DNA of 64,000 bases from Felis catus (lineage: Eukaryota), in NCBI RefSeq assembly GCF_018350175.1, contig NC_058368.1:89964001-90028000 (forward strand), written 5' to 3'. This document shows, one piece after another, positions 50,608-64,000 of this stretch. How positions within the stretch are numbered: position 1 is the stretch's first letter; each line of letters begins with the position of its first letter. A program made the position numbers and the translations under genes. The notes under the pieces were generated by a model. That model was not told the origin of the DNA, searched no databases, and worked only from the letters and a program-made list of their open reading frames with translations.

Positions 50608-52327
50608 TTGAAATGGCACACATCACTCTGCTTACATCTCATCAGCCAAAAGTTGGTCATCTGGCCACACCTGGCTGCCAAAAAGCATCCAGATGTCCTC
50701 TCTAGTTGGGCAGCCATTTGTCCAGCTCACATAGGGAGGCTTCTGTTCCTGAAACAAAGGAGGGAGGATCTGGAGGATGTCAGCAGCCTGTGGCTGTCAT
50801 GCTGCCTGTCTCTCAGGCACTGCAGACTTACCTGTCTGAAGCCAGATTTGCAGACTGCATGCGTCTCCTGCCCACCTCCAGCTGCTTCACCCGCGTTCCT
50901 CCTCATCTTCTCCTGGGCAGCACAGGTCATGCACATTCTTCCTCCATGCCATGCATTTACCTCTTTTCCCCATCCGCCACAACCCTGCCATGTTTTGCTG
51001 GGCCTCCCTGCCTTCAGTCCTGCCCACCCCAGTCCATCCCTTTCACAGCTTCCTGAATGACCCCTCAGCAAAGCAAGCCAGAGCACATGCCTCTCTGCTT
51101 TGATGGCTCCACAGCCCTCGGGCCCAGGTCCAGATGGCTCCCAGCAGCTTCCAGGGCCCATGGTGATCTGGCCTGGTTTCCTCTCTCCAGCTTCTTTCCC
51201 CCACTGCCCAGCAAAACTAACTCTTAAATGACTTCTCACACTCAGAATGCACCTCCACCTGTCTGCACATGCTCTCTCTCTTCCCCACAGCTCAGAGCCT
51301 TCTCTGTCCTTCTCGGTTTAGGGGTCCCCTTGCATCGGAGCTCTTCCTGAACATGCCTGCAGTGTGCACTCTCTGTGAGCTCATCAAGGGCAGGCACACT
51401 GGCTGTTCCTGCACAGGACTTTGTGCACAGTGGTGTCAGGAAGTGCTTTTTGAATGACTGGCAGTGCAGGTGTATTCCAGTAAGGCAAAGAAACAGCAGG
51501 TTGTAGTGGCTACCTGCCTTTTCACCTAGTCCATCTCTGAACCTTTGCACTTGTACCCCAAGAGCCAGTTTGAGCAATTCACCATGTCTGAGCACAGTCA
51601 GCTTGAGCTCTGTACCTCTGCTGTCTGTCTCTGGCAGATCCAGATGCAACCTTCTCCATGAAGCTCTCCTTGTCTTCTGCACCCCTGCCAAAGGGTAGGA
51701 CCTCTTTTGCCTTGGTTTACTTTTTGCTTATGCCCTTAGGTTATTATAACTTGTGTTGCAACTTGTGTTACAGTATTCCCCCAACTAGCTGCTTTGAGAT
51801 GAACTGATCTTGCTTTATCACCTATGTTACTTACCACTTCTTATACAAAAGCACCCCATAAACGTTGAGTTGAATTGTCTCAGCCCCATAAAAACTGTAA
51901 AAAAAAATAATCTCTAGAAATAGATATTCCTTCAGATGTCAGTAAAATGAAGCAGCCTCGTCAGGGAATCATTAGGTACTGAATTATGGGTCAGAGCAGC
52001 AAAAGTTTATTGAATGCTTCTATTGTGGTCCTGTCCCCAGCAGTGTGAGATGCCACAGTAAGCAACACAGACCTGCCCTTACCGCCCTGGAGCTTAGGGC
52101 CCCCTCCTCACCGCAGCGTGGCTCAGCCAGGCTGTTTAGCTCACAGTGTAGCAGGAGCTGATCATCCCACTGTAGGTTGTCATGAGCAGTGTGTTGGTTC
52201 ATCTAATGCAGTGCTGGCCTCCCGGAGGCACTCCCCAGCCTGTGTACAGCACATTCAATCACAGTTGCTGGTGGTACTAAGAGCTGTGCCTCAGCCACTG
52301 CCCTGAGAATGGTTAAAAGAGGGGGAG

Positions 52328-52524
52328 GGGCGCCTGGATGGCTCAGTCAGTTGGGCATCCGACTCTTGATTTTGGCTCAGGTCATGATCTCGTGGGTTCA
52401 TGGGTTTGAGCCCCTAGTCGAGCTCCATGCTGAGCATGGAGCCTGCTTGGGATTCTCTCTCTCTGCCCCTCCCTTACTTGCTCTCTGTATCTTTCCCAAA
52501 ATTAATAAAAATAAACTTTAAAAA
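52328..52524 (+). mobile_element. CAN-SINE
   Basis: Head, CT tract and A tail. Confidence 0.88.
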
Positions 52525-53743
52525 GATGAGAGGGGGAGCGGGGGTGAAGCAGTGGTCAGTTGGAGAAGCTATTCATTTGATTTAAATTCTTTGTTTAGGC
52601 TTGTTATTCATGAATTTATTTCCATGTTTAATGGAAATTCTAGGCATCACTGTATTGAAATACAAATCATCACTCCAGAGAACTTAGCAGGTAGGCATTA
52701 AATATTAGATGGTAGAACAAACAGGAATTTGCTGAAGCTGTAGAATAAAATTTAAATTCCATGTTTTTAAATAGTATATAATGTTTACCCCTATGATTTT
52801 ATTGTTGGCTTTTTAATTTTTTTAAAAAGAACAAAAGAAATAGTTTTATGACTTCTAAATAAACATCTTCAGACAAGAGCCAGCGATCCAAATCAGTGTA
52901 ACTGCTGATTTGTGTTTGGTTGTTTTCTATATAAAATCACAGAGGCTCTTGCATGGTGGGGATCTCAGCCTACTGCCTAAGCCACCAAAAGGTGGCTGCC
53001 TAAACCACCAGTTTATACTAATTTATCATGAATAATTGTCAGAGCATCCATGTTAATGACTATAGGTTACAATGGTTCTCTGTCTACAACTGTCTGTATT
53101 GAGCCCACCAGTGATGTGGGGTTTGGGGAATGTGGGGCCTCAACATGCACAGTGGGCATGCATGGCCACACACCCATGTCTCCAGGCCCAGCACCCCAAT
53201 GTTCCATCACTTCCTCCTTTTACAATCTAGATATATAGTAGGACTTGCTTTCTGCTCCATCATTTCACCTGAATTTGTGGACTTAGAAGAAGACTGGCCC
53301 ACTTGTGTTTTCTGCAGGAACTGTAGACAGAATCCCTTGGAAACCTCTCCCCAGTGCCTTCATCCCTGGTTGAGGCAGCCTGGCATAAGCTAGTTCTAAA
53401 GGAGGCGAGCTGATGAGAATCACTCAGTGACATAATCCTGTCATGGCTAGCAAAAATGGACATATAAAAGAAGGGCTGTTAGTTTCTAGTCCGCTCCCTT
53501 AAAACATGGTCATGTGGGGCCTCAATGTTCCTTCCTTTCATGATGGTCTTGTGCCTCTGAAATGTCATTGCATTTTTTTGTTTGTTTGTTTTGCACTTTG
53601 CTTAAGTTCAGAACTTGGTCCAACCAACTTTATCAACTTACAGCCACGTTGTCTTACATGCCAATAAACTTGCAACCCTATGAAGTGAGCTGTGCCTGTA
53701 TCATCTCAGAAAGAGTGCATGTTCATTCTGTTTCTCTTTTAAG

Positions 53744-53915
<172 letters not shown>

Positions 53916-54166
53916 TAAGTATGCTCTGTTTCAATAGCATGGACTGAGTTTTTGTCATAATAAAAACCCAATAAAATGAAGTTGTCAGAACTTAGAAACG
54001 CTGATGATTAAAAAAAATACTCTTTTCTTTGCAATAGGTTTTTGAACTATATCAGATCAAGCTCTTGCTCTAGTTATATGTAGTCATATTGTAGGATACA
54101 GACCTCAATTCTTAGAATGCTGCATAAATTTATAGTTTGCGATTTTTCTTTTTTTCCCTTTGTTTT

Positions 54167-54201
<35 letters not shown>

Positions 54202-54662
54202 CCATTTCCCTGTCATTAGATACTAGAGTAATAGGTATGACAGTGAGTTGTAACAGAAATTTGGAGTTTTATTCATTTCTTCATCCTGGCCACCTTTCCC
54301 CTCTCCCCCTTTTATCCCCAATCACTCCTATTCATTTCTAGGCGCCGTCACTGCAGTGCCTTGCCCTTCATTGGCAGGATGAGGCCAGTCAGTGTCATTA
54401 TCACCCCATGGATTAACCAGGAAGGGCTGCTGTGTGAGGGGTTGGGCTGGCCGTCTCTTCCTTGGTGTCTCACTTCAACCATGTGTCCAGCCCGTCAGAA
54501 CCGTTGGTCTGACCCTGAACCTTAGTCTCTTGCATGGTAAGACAGTCAGCTGCCGCGACATCACCGGCCAGCTAAAGGTAAAGTCTTTCACGTGTTTTCT
54601 AGACTACAGTTATCAGCGCTTCCCAAACTTTTCAACCCATAGTTTTCTGGGCAAGGCTTTTC

Positions 54663-54695
<33 letters not shown>

Positions 54696-55711
54696 CTTTT
54701 TTCTTTTTTGGGTCAATAAAAACAAGGTTGTCTTTGCATCTAAAATAAACTGTGTTGGAGCTAAATATCCACTGTTTACAACTTGTAGGCAGAGGGGATT
54801 CAAGATAAAAGAGAACTAACTCTTCTAGATGTTCTGGTAGGGGGGCTTAATGTTCTCATTAGAGATTTTGAGTCTAGAGACCCAGCGCTTTGTAATTGAT
54901 CCTCGGTTATGGAGACCTGAGATCCGGGAAGTCCTTCCCATTGTTCCCTTTAGCCTAGGTGGTTGGAGCCCTGGGAGCTAAGAGGAAATGACATTCAGAA
55001 CTTCACAGAAAAACTAATGTAGGAGAAGGGGCTGTTTGGGAGGAATGCCCAGTCTGGGTCTAAAATAAGGGTGATCTTAATTTCCAAAAGATAACACACT
55101 GTATTGCTATTTAAATCCATTGTGCCAAGAGAAGTTTTAAAGTCATTGGATGGTTCAAGTGAGGACACTTTGAAATGTATAAAAAGTTCTAGACAATAAA
55201 ACATTCTTTTGATTTATAATCCATCTCTTACTTGGAATTGCATAGTAATTTGATACAGGTAATTTGGCAAGGCTGATATTAACAACATTTAATGTAATAA
55301 CCACATTGAGAGTCAACCTCTCAATATAGTTCATAAGTAATTCTAAATAAAGTTCATGAGTAAAAAAAGTTCATAAGTAATTGCAAAATGGAAGGTTTTG
55401 TAAATGGGAGGCAGTTAAAATTAATGACTTCATTACAGCATGTAAATAACAGTAAAATCACATGTTACTTTATAAAATACCATTTTGCAAAGATTGGTTT
55501 TGACTTCCAGGTTGTATACGCTACTTTTCATCTTTAATTTTTATAGACATGTTTAATAATGAAATTATTCATCACAGATGTGTATTTTTTATTAAAAAAT
55601 TTTCAGTTTTTAAACAAAAGTTCCTAATATGCCATTATAAGCTAAACCTCATCTGAGAGAGCAGTGGCAGAATTATAGTATGGAATGTTCTGAATTAAAA
55701 AAAAATTTTTT

Positions 55712-57050
55712 TTGACTCAGAGCCCAGAAATAAACCCATACATTTATGGCCAGTTGATTTTGGAAAAGTTCTCCACGGTCATCCATTGGGGAAAGAGCAG
55801 TCTCTTCAACAGATCGTGCTGGGGCAAGTGTATGTCCACATGCAGAAGGCACGTCATGTGTTGGACCCTTGCTTCACATTGTGTAGAAGGTTAACTCAAA
55901 ATAAATCATTGACCTAAACGTAAGTGCTAGAAGCATAAACTCCTAAAAGAAAACCAGGGAAGCTTCATGACTTTGGATTCTTAGAAATGACACCAAAAAC
56001 ATGAGCAACAGAAGAACAAATTGGACTCCATCAAAATTTAAAACTTTGGTGGATCAAAGGACACTGTCAACAGAGTGAAGAAACCACCCACAAAATGGGG
56101 AAATGTTTACAAATCATATATCTGGTAAGCGTCTAGTATCCGGAATGTATAAAGAACTCTTACAACTTTAAAAAGACAACCCAATTAAAAAAAAAAAAAA
56201 AAAAACACAGCCAAAGGACTTGAATAGAATTTCCCCAGAGGGGATATATAAATAGATAATAAGCACATGCAGAGGTGCTCAGCATTAGTCATTTGGGAAA
56301 TGAAATCAAAACCACAGTGAGTTACAACTTCATACCCACTAGAGTGGCCATGATCAACACAACAGAAAATAAAAAATGTTGGCAAGGATGTGAAGAAGTT
56401 AGAAGCCTCATGCATCGCTGGTGAGAATGTAAGATGCTGCGGCCTCTTGTGGAGAACCGTTTGAAGGATCCTCAAAGCAGAATTACCACGTGACCCGGTA
56501 ACTACTCCTAGGTATATACCCCAAAGAATTAAAATCCATTGTACCAACAAAAACTTACACAAATGCTTTGTACACTGTAACAAAGGTGTACACAGATGCT
56601 TGTAGCAGCAGTATTCGCAATAGCCAGAAGGTAGCCCAAATGTCCATCAGGAGATGATGAATAGATGCACAAATTGTGTTCTGTGCACACATAGGGTTTG
56701 ATTCATAAAAGGACCAAAGCCCTGACACATGCTACAACATGGATGATCCTCAAGAGCACGCTAAGTGAAAGAAGCCAGACGTTTATATGAGATGTCTAGA
56801 GTAGGTGGGTGCCTGGAGGCAGATGCAGACTGGTGGTTAGCAGAGGCAGGGGGGACGGGGGGATGGGACACAGCTGCTTACAGGGTATGGGCTTTCCCTT
56901 TGTGTTGACGGAAATCTTTTGGAATGATACAGAGCTGGTGTCCGCACAACATCATGAATAGACTGAACGTCACTGAATCATTCACTTTCAACTGGTTAAT
57001 TTTGTGTGTCTGTGAATCTCACCTCAAATATTTTCTTTAAAAAAAGAAAG
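55712..57050 (+). mobile_element. 5'-truncated L1 (ORF2 3' end plus 3' UTR), followed by a short SINE at ~57059-57149
   Basis: SPEINPYIYGQLI...WGKSSLFNRSCWG is ORF2-like; typical L1 3' motifs. Confidence 0.85.
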
Positions 57051-58547
57051 CAAACTGGAGGGATGCCTGGGTCACTCAGCCTTGATCTCAGCGTTGTGAC
57101 TTCAAGCCCCACATTGGGCGTGAAGTCTACTTTAAAAAAAAAAAAAAAGCAAACCGGAAGGTGCCTTACAGCAAGGCTATTTTATCATTTTGTCATTTGG
57201 ATATTTAACTCCTGATACTAAAGCATTGTATGTAATGGTATTTTTACACTGTACAGTGTGTAAAATATGTTGTCATTTCCCCATAGTAGCTTGACTTCTA
57301 TATTGACAGAATCTTAATAGTAAAGTCACTTAAATCTTAATGTTTTCCTTTACATGATTTCATGACAATTTTGTTAATGCTTGTGGGAGCAGCTTTTATC
57401 CCACATGCAGAAAGGTAGGCAGAAAGAAGTACATGAAGGCTAAAACCCTGATGCTGTTCTAAATCTCATCTCTTGCAAATCCCCATTTCCATTAGCCTGA
57501 GTTTTGATTCTAAGGCAAGATCAAAGGCTGGGTTTTTGTTGTTTTCTGCTCAAGTGAGAAGTCATTACTTGGAACTAATTAAGCTTAATTAATTAATTAA
57601 AACTTGATGAGCCCACGCGCAGCTAACAGTTTATTTCACAATCTTCGATGTCACTATTCACTTACCTTTGTAACCCAGACGGTTACTTGTTACCAAACCA
57701 AAGCCTGTTGGGCTAACTTCACAGGATGCATGGAAAAGGGGTTAGTTAACTTGATTCAGATGACTGATGTCTTCTGGTAGAGATGTGTGTACAGCTGTGA
57801 AAATCTTTCTTGGGCTTCTGGGATGTTTCATATGTTGGCCTTCAGATGAAGTGCTATCCTGGGAGCTGGGCCCATAGTTGGAGACCTGCCTTCTGTTATC
57901 ATGTCATTGCTCCTTTCTCCCAGAGTCTGTGTGGCCTTGCTGTTGGCCAGGCGGGTGGGTGACTGACTGCTCCTCGCCTTGCCGGCGGGTTGAGGCTTTG
58001 GGGTCCCCTTGAGCCACAACAATGGTGATCCTCAGAATGAGAGAGTACTTCCCCTCTGATACCCCCTCCACCCCATCTTCTGAGTATTTTTTCCCAGATC
58101 TGTTTTGCACAGCATCGTGGGTATTGGCATTCTGCTTTGAGGGCCTCAAAAGAAAAGTGTTCAGTATGCGGTGCAAGGAGAGGGTCTTTCACCCTCTCCT
58201 AGAAACTACTAACTACCATTAGTTAGAAACTACTAACGGTGCCAGTCAGGCCCCTTTCTTTCCTCCAGTGACAGAAGGGCCCGAGTGTCCCCCACCATCA
58301 AGCCCTAACTTCTAGATAACTGGTTCTCTGCAGCCGTTCTTTCCCTGCAAACATGACCATTACTTTTGTCCCCACTGCATGTGGGGATTGGATTGTCCTC
58401 AGAAGCCCACCAGTCTTTAAGACACTGTCACTGGTCTTTCAAGACTAATCTCATCTATGAAACATCCCCAGCTAATCTCAGCTCACATTTAGAATAAAGC
58501 CTCCTCTCTGGTTGAACCAAATGCTTCATTGATGTGCACACCACGTG

Positions 58548-58549
58548 AG

Positions 58550-58586
<37 letters not shown>
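58548..58586. repeat. (GC)5(AC)n alternating purine-pyrimidine repeat
   Basis: gcgcgcgcgcacacac... Confidence 0.92.
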
Positions 58587-58588
<2 letters not shown>

Positions 58589-58665
58589 CAGAACTAGAAG
58601 ATAATAGATGTGTGTTTTAAACCAAATTTGTGGTAATTTGGTACAACAGCAATAGGAAACTAACA
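58587..58665 (+). mobile_element. MaLR (MLT1-like) LTR 3' end
   Basis: tttgtggtaatttggtacaacagcaataggaaactaaca. Confidence 0.65.
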
Positions 58666-58929
58666 GAGGCATGTGTGTTCTTACATTTTTGAAAATAAAA
58701 TGTAGTAGCAATAGTGCATGGTTTGCAAAACTTGTTAATCATCTGTGTAAACTAGAGCTTTATGAAGACCTAGGGACTAGGGTGCAGCAACACCAAAGTG
58801 CAGGTACTGGTCTGGGATTAAGTGGAAGAGCTGGGACCAGAGGAAAATATTCTGCCTCTTAATTTTGAATAGCTTTTGCAATTGCCTCTTGTTTCCATAT
58901 TTTTGTTCATTAAAAATGTTAGTGAAATA

Positions 58930-59150
58930 GGGGTGCCTGGGTGGCTCAGTTGGTTAAGCATCCGACTCTTGACTTCATCTAGGGTCGTGATCTCACAGTT
59001 TATGAGATCGAGCCCCACGTTGGACTCCACACTGTCAAGCGTAGAGCCTGCTTGGTATTCTCTCTTTCCCTCTCTGTCTCTCTGCCCCTGCCCTCTCTCT
59101 CTGTCAAAATAAACATTTTCTCTCTCTCTGTCAAAATAAACATTTTAAAA
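58930..59150 (+). mobile_element. CAN-SINE with duplicated tail
   Basis: tctctctctgtcaaaataaacatttt present twice. Confidence 0.88.
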
Positions 59151-60429
59151 ATGTTAATTAAATAAATTAGGAAGTAAGTTTTGAAATGTTTATCACTTTG
59201 AATCATTCATAAATATCAACTATATTATTTCATAAAATTAAGTAACTGCAAGATTTTGTTGAAGCTGTAGCGGGGGAAAAGTGTGTACATTTCTTTCTTA
59301 TCTGTTCAGTTTTTCTTTCTCCTAAAATCTCAAGTTGTTCAGCCAAAATAGTGACAATTATCTGTTTTATGGAACACTTGCATGAAGTTTTTAACTTAAA
59401 AAAAAAAAAAAGTTTAATGTTAGATCTGGCAGATCCTAGAAGTCACAGTTACAACCTGAGCATTAAATGGTTAGTCTAGCCTTTACTCCTTTATCTTTCT
59501 AGTTCTGTTCACCCATGAATGTCAGCCTCTTCTTACACTGTTTTATTTTCTCTCCACTAGTATGAGTAAATAAACATATAATGTCTGTAACAAAATTTCT
59601 GCGATAAAGAAGATTTATAGTGTAAAGCACAGGAAGCCTGTGATGTGGGAAAACTGAGCTCCAAGACCAGCTCTGATCCACACACTCGTAGTTCTTTGTG
59701 ACCTTGAACAAATCCTTGGGTCTTTGTATGTCTTAACAGTCTCACCTCTAAAGTGAGCAGTTTTAGAGCTTCTGTATTAGAATGATGGATCAGATACCCA
59801 ACAAAGCAGGAGGGCACTGACAGTAGTCAGTGGGATGAGAGCTTTTAACACATTTCTGAAATGTAAGAAGTAATTGGAAACTTGATGCAGATAAACAGAG
59901 CAGGGGAAGTGAGAATAAGTAGCTGAGACATTTGCAGTGAGGAAGAGAACCTATCTAGAGTAAAACCCCAAAGAGGCTGTAGGTGTAGGGATGACAGAGA
60001 CAGAAAACGAAGGTGAAACAAGTGCCCAGAAATAGGGATGTTAATTAAAAGTGTGTCTATGAAACAGTTGTGCTAGTTGGCTACCAACATCCGCCTGCCA
60101 TCCCCGTGCTCAGCATTTGCGCCTAGAGAGCAAGTAGGTGAGTGAAGAATTACTAGGCTAGGATCTGGGGATGGACAGAATCCTAGTAGGGGAAGCCCAA
60201 AATTTGGGGCTCTTTCCCCTGAGGACATTTGAGAATTCTAGAGTGCATAGCTGAGAGATTGAGTAATACTTTGGATTGCCTTGGGTGACCAGCAGATTGG
60301 AGCCCAGGGTCCTATAAGGGGCCAGGTGAACTTTTTGCCTTGAACTGGGACCAAAAAAGGACTGCACCCAAGAAGTTAAAAATGAACCCGAAAGAAAATG
60401 TTAAAAAAAAAATTTTTTTAAAGGGGGAA

Positions 60430-60651
60430 GGGGGTGCCTGGGTGGCTCAGTCAGTTGAGCGTCCAGCTTTGGCTCAGGTCATGATCTCACAGTTCGTGGG
60501 TTTGAGCCCTGCGTCGGGCTCTGTGCCGGCAGCTCAGAGCCTGGAGCCTGCTTCAGATTCTGTGTCTCCCTCTCTCTGTGCCCCTCCCCCACTCCCGCTC
60601 TCTCTCTGACCCTCAAAAATGAATAAATGTTAGAAAAAATTAAAACAAAAA
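60430..60651 (+). mobile_element. CAN-SINE
   Basis: Head, CT tract and A tail. Confidence 0.9.
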
Positions 60652-60899
60652 AGAATGAACCTGAAAGAAATGGACCCTTGCGGGCACTGCCACTCAGCCT
60701 CAAATCACCTCATTTGCTGAACTTGAAGTGAACCCACATTGCTAGTGCCTCCCACCAGGTGCCTAGCAGAAGTGAATTTAAATTCTAGATATCAAGCTAT
60801 TTCTAGATAGCAAGCAGTTCTGCAAGTGCGAGGCCCCACACACCATCACAAATGACTTGTCACACAGGAGAACAGACAACATGCATGTGACCCAGCACA

Positions 60900-62960
60900 A
60901 ACAGAAAAGAAACAGATCCACAGGGGATATTAGTGTTATTGGATCCAAACTTTAAATAGCTATGGCATTGTGTTCAGGATGGTAAAAGGCAAGATGAAAA
61001 ATTTTTGGTAGAAAAGTGGAGACTTAAAAAAAAAAAACTAAATTGAAATTCTAGAACTGTAAGATATAGAAATTAAATTGTGAAGTTAATGGATGGGTTT
61101 AATGGCATATTAGATATAACCAAAGAGAGATTTAGTGATCTGAAAGGTGGGTCAGGAAAAAAAAAATTCAGTGGGGCACCTGGGTAGCTCAGTCGGTTGA
61201 GCGTCCGACTTCAGCTCAAGTCGTGATCTCATGGCTCATGAGTTCGAGCCCTGCGTCAGGCTCTGAGCTGAGCCTGTTTTGGATTCTATGTCTCCTTCTC
61301 TCTCTGCCCCTCCTCCGGCTCACACTCTGTCTCTCCAAAAAACTAAATAAACATTAAAAAAAATTTCAGAATGAAGCCTGGAGAGACAAAAGGGTAGAAA
61401 AATACAGAAGAGAGGATGTTTTCATTTTCTATGGCTGCATAATAAGTTACCACAAACTTGGTGTTTTAAAGCAACACCCATTTATGATTTCATACTTCTC
61501 ATAGGTCAGAAATCTGCATGGGCTTGCCCGGGTTCTTGCCCAACATCTCATGAGGCTGAAATCAAGATGTTGGCTGGACTGTGTTCTTATCTGGAGGCTC
61601 CAGGAAAGAATGTGCTTCCAAGCACATTCGCAGGACCCAGTTGCTTGCAGCTGTAGGTCTGAGGTCCCCATCCCTCGCTGTCTGTCAGCCAAAGGCCATT
61701 GTGCTCGTAGGGGCTCCTGCATTCCTTCTCACATGGCCCCCTCCACCTTACAGACAGCAGTGGCACGTCTAATCCTTCTCAGGATAAAAATCTCTCAGAC
61801 TTTCCCCTCTTCCCACCAGCCAGAGCAAACTCTGCTTCTAAAGAGCTGTCGTGGGACACCTGGATGGCTTGGTTAGCATCTGACTTCAGCGAAGGTCATG
61901 ATCTCGTGGTTTGTGAGCTCGAGCCCCACATCAGGCTATGCACTGACAGCTCGGAGCTTGGAGCCTGCTTCGGATTCTGTGTCTCCCTCTCTCTCTGCCC
62001 CTCCTCCACTCATGCTCTATCTCGGTCTCTCTCAAAGATAAATAAACATTAAAAAAGGGGGGGGGTCTGTTGTGATTAGATTAGACCCCATCTCCCATTT
62101 GTTAATGAGTATGCTTAGCCCCGTTTATAGAACACAGGGTCAGCATACATAAAAACCAAATGCCTAGAAATTGGTACAGCAAAACACTTTGACAATGCTT
62201 CGGCGTTCCTACTCTTAGCTATCTACTCATCAGAAATGCATGTATAAGGGACCCAGAGCCATGTGTGAGAATGTTTATGACCATGTTTCTTATAATTGCT
62301 AGCAAACTGAAAATAACTGAAGTATACATCAACGTTATGTCATGTAGTCATGCAAAGGAATATTATAGCAATGACACAGAATGAATTCTAGCTACACACA
62401 ACAACAGGTGAGTCTCCCAGATGTAATGTTGAGTGAAAGAAGTCAGACACAAACGGTTTAAAAAAACAGACAAAAATAAGCCATGGGGGTGGGAGGGGGA
62501 GGGAGCTTGAAGATGCATGTTTAGCTGGTAAAAGCAAGGAGGTGATGATCATAAAAATCAGAATGAGTTATCATCTTTGGGGACAGGAGGGATAGTGATT
62601 AGTAAGGGGAGGCTTTGGGGATGCTGACGAAACATGATTCTTTGTGACACATCATTGAACTGAGGAACAGGAAGAGAAGCAAAGAGATGAAAATGAGAAA
62701 AGCAACATTGGAAATCCGTGGAGTTCCAAAAGAAAGCTGATTTTGAAGTCAGAAGACAAACTATCAGTCAACGCTGAGGGCAGAACAAGATCATTTATCT
62801 TCCGTGGACTCTTTCTGAAGCAATTCCTTGAGGATGTACTCCACCAAGAAAGAGAATACAGGAACATATATGACCAGAAGCATGGAGACCAGTGAAAAGA
62901 AGTCCCAAGGGTGGTGGCTTTACAGCAGGCCATGAAAGAAACTCCAAGAAAACATATCTT
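60900..62960 (+). mobile_element. Degenerate HAL1/L1 ORF1-like remnant, interrupted by SINEs (61173-61363, 61853-62057), a MaLR LTR (~61420-62090) and an L1 3' piece (~62150-62640)
   Basis: atggatgggtttaat..gagagatttagtgatctg and aaactatcagtcaacgctgagggcagaacaagatcattt..gaggatgtactccaccaa resemble ORF1-type sequence; ggctgcataataagttaccacaaactt resembles an MLT1 LTR end. Confidence 0.55.
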
Positions 62961-63064
62961 CAAAAAAATGGAATAGACCTTAAACAATAGCTCATGTGAG
63001 CAAGGTGGGAAGCACGGGGGATAGACTTTAGAAAGGGATATTTTTCTTCTCTTAAAAAAATGCT

Positions 63065-63281
63065 GGGGTGCCTGGGTGGCTTAGTCGGGTAAGCATCCGA
63101 CTTGGGCTTAGGTCATGATCTCATAGTTCATGGGTTCGAACCCCACGTCGGGCTCTGTACTGATGGCTCAGAGCCTAGAACCTGCTTCGGATTCTGTCTT
63201 CCTCTCTCTCTGCCCCTCCCCCTCTCATGCTCCATCTCTCTCTCTCTCAAAAATAAATAAATATTTTAAAAAAAGAAAAAA
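63065..63281 (+). mobile_element. CAN-SINE
   Basis: Head, CT tract and A tail; TSD aaaaaatgct. Confidence 0.9.
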
Positions 63282-64000
63282 TGCTTATTGGAAACTTATG
63301 GTGGAACGGCTAGAAGAAGTCATGACCTAAAGTGTCAAACAGCTTTAAAAAGACATGATGTTTGAGCAACTGATGGGATGTAAGAAAAGAAAATCCATCT
63401 GACTTTGATGCCAGAAACAATCTCATTCCCTTGTGAGTGACAAGAAGGGTCATGTGATCCTTGGAAAATGAACTGTCATCCTGGCTCTGCTGTTAGAGAC
63501 ATTTGTGTGTGCATGCATACATACTCTGTGTGTCTTGGCTTTCAACTTGTAGACACATCCGAAAGAAGACACACGGAAGACGTAGTTGTAGAGACTGAAC
63601 AGATATGTTCTCTAGCTTGACCATTCGAGACAGAAGTTTGGAGGAGGGGAAAGAGAGTAGAGTCCTGAAGGCAAAAGAGATGGAAGGTGATGGTCTTATC
63701 TTACATACTGGGAGTCCAGAGGCTCCCTTGAAGGTTGATGGAACAAGAAATTTAGGCAAGTTGTTTCAAGTTACAAAGGTAACCAAGGGAAAAGTTCAAA
63801 ATGACGTGAGAGCAAAAAGCTGGGAAGAGTTGGGGGTTTCAAGTAAGTGGTTAAATCTTCAGTTTGGCGGAGTAGACAGACAATTTCTGAAGTTGATACA
63901 TGAGGAAACGGTAATAAAAGTATATTCATCTGGAGTTGAGAAGTGACCACAAGAATTAAAACCAGGAAAAATCGAAGGGAGTTGCTCCCGCAGTTCAAAC

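Overview
Mammalian genomic DNA, very probably a cat-family species (Felidae), judged from about 45 carnivore tRNA-derived CAN-SINEs of the feline SINEC_Fc type. The window holds two genes on the + strand. (1) GFPT2 (glutamine--fructose-6-phosphate transaminase 2): exons 5-19 from 649 to the TAG at 26100, with a 3' UTR and AATAAA at 26912. The reading frame is intact only if exon 10 uses a non-canonical GC donor. (2) About 10 kb downstream, the start of MAPK9 (JNK2): CpG-island promoter and non-coding exon 1 (~36230-37450) and the first coding exon (ATG 53793, [40 protein letters not shown]). The rest is intronic or intergenic sequence with SINEs, L1/HAL1 fragments, a Charlie1-like hAT fossil, MER102-like pieces, MaLR LTRs and microsatellites. 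I see no novel protein-coding system; most ORF-track entries are repeat- or GC-derived artefacts. The best leads are at the RNA level: a young, near-identical inverted SINE pair bracketing the GC-donor exon 10, a candidate poison cassette exon in MAPK9 intron 2, an out-of-frame uORF overlapping the MAPK9 start, a stop-free in-frame GFPT2 intron, and exon junctions that regenerate 5' splice sites. Exon numbers and repeat family names come from my recollection of the human orthologues and repeat consensus sequences, not from a database search. Repeat boundaries are approximate.
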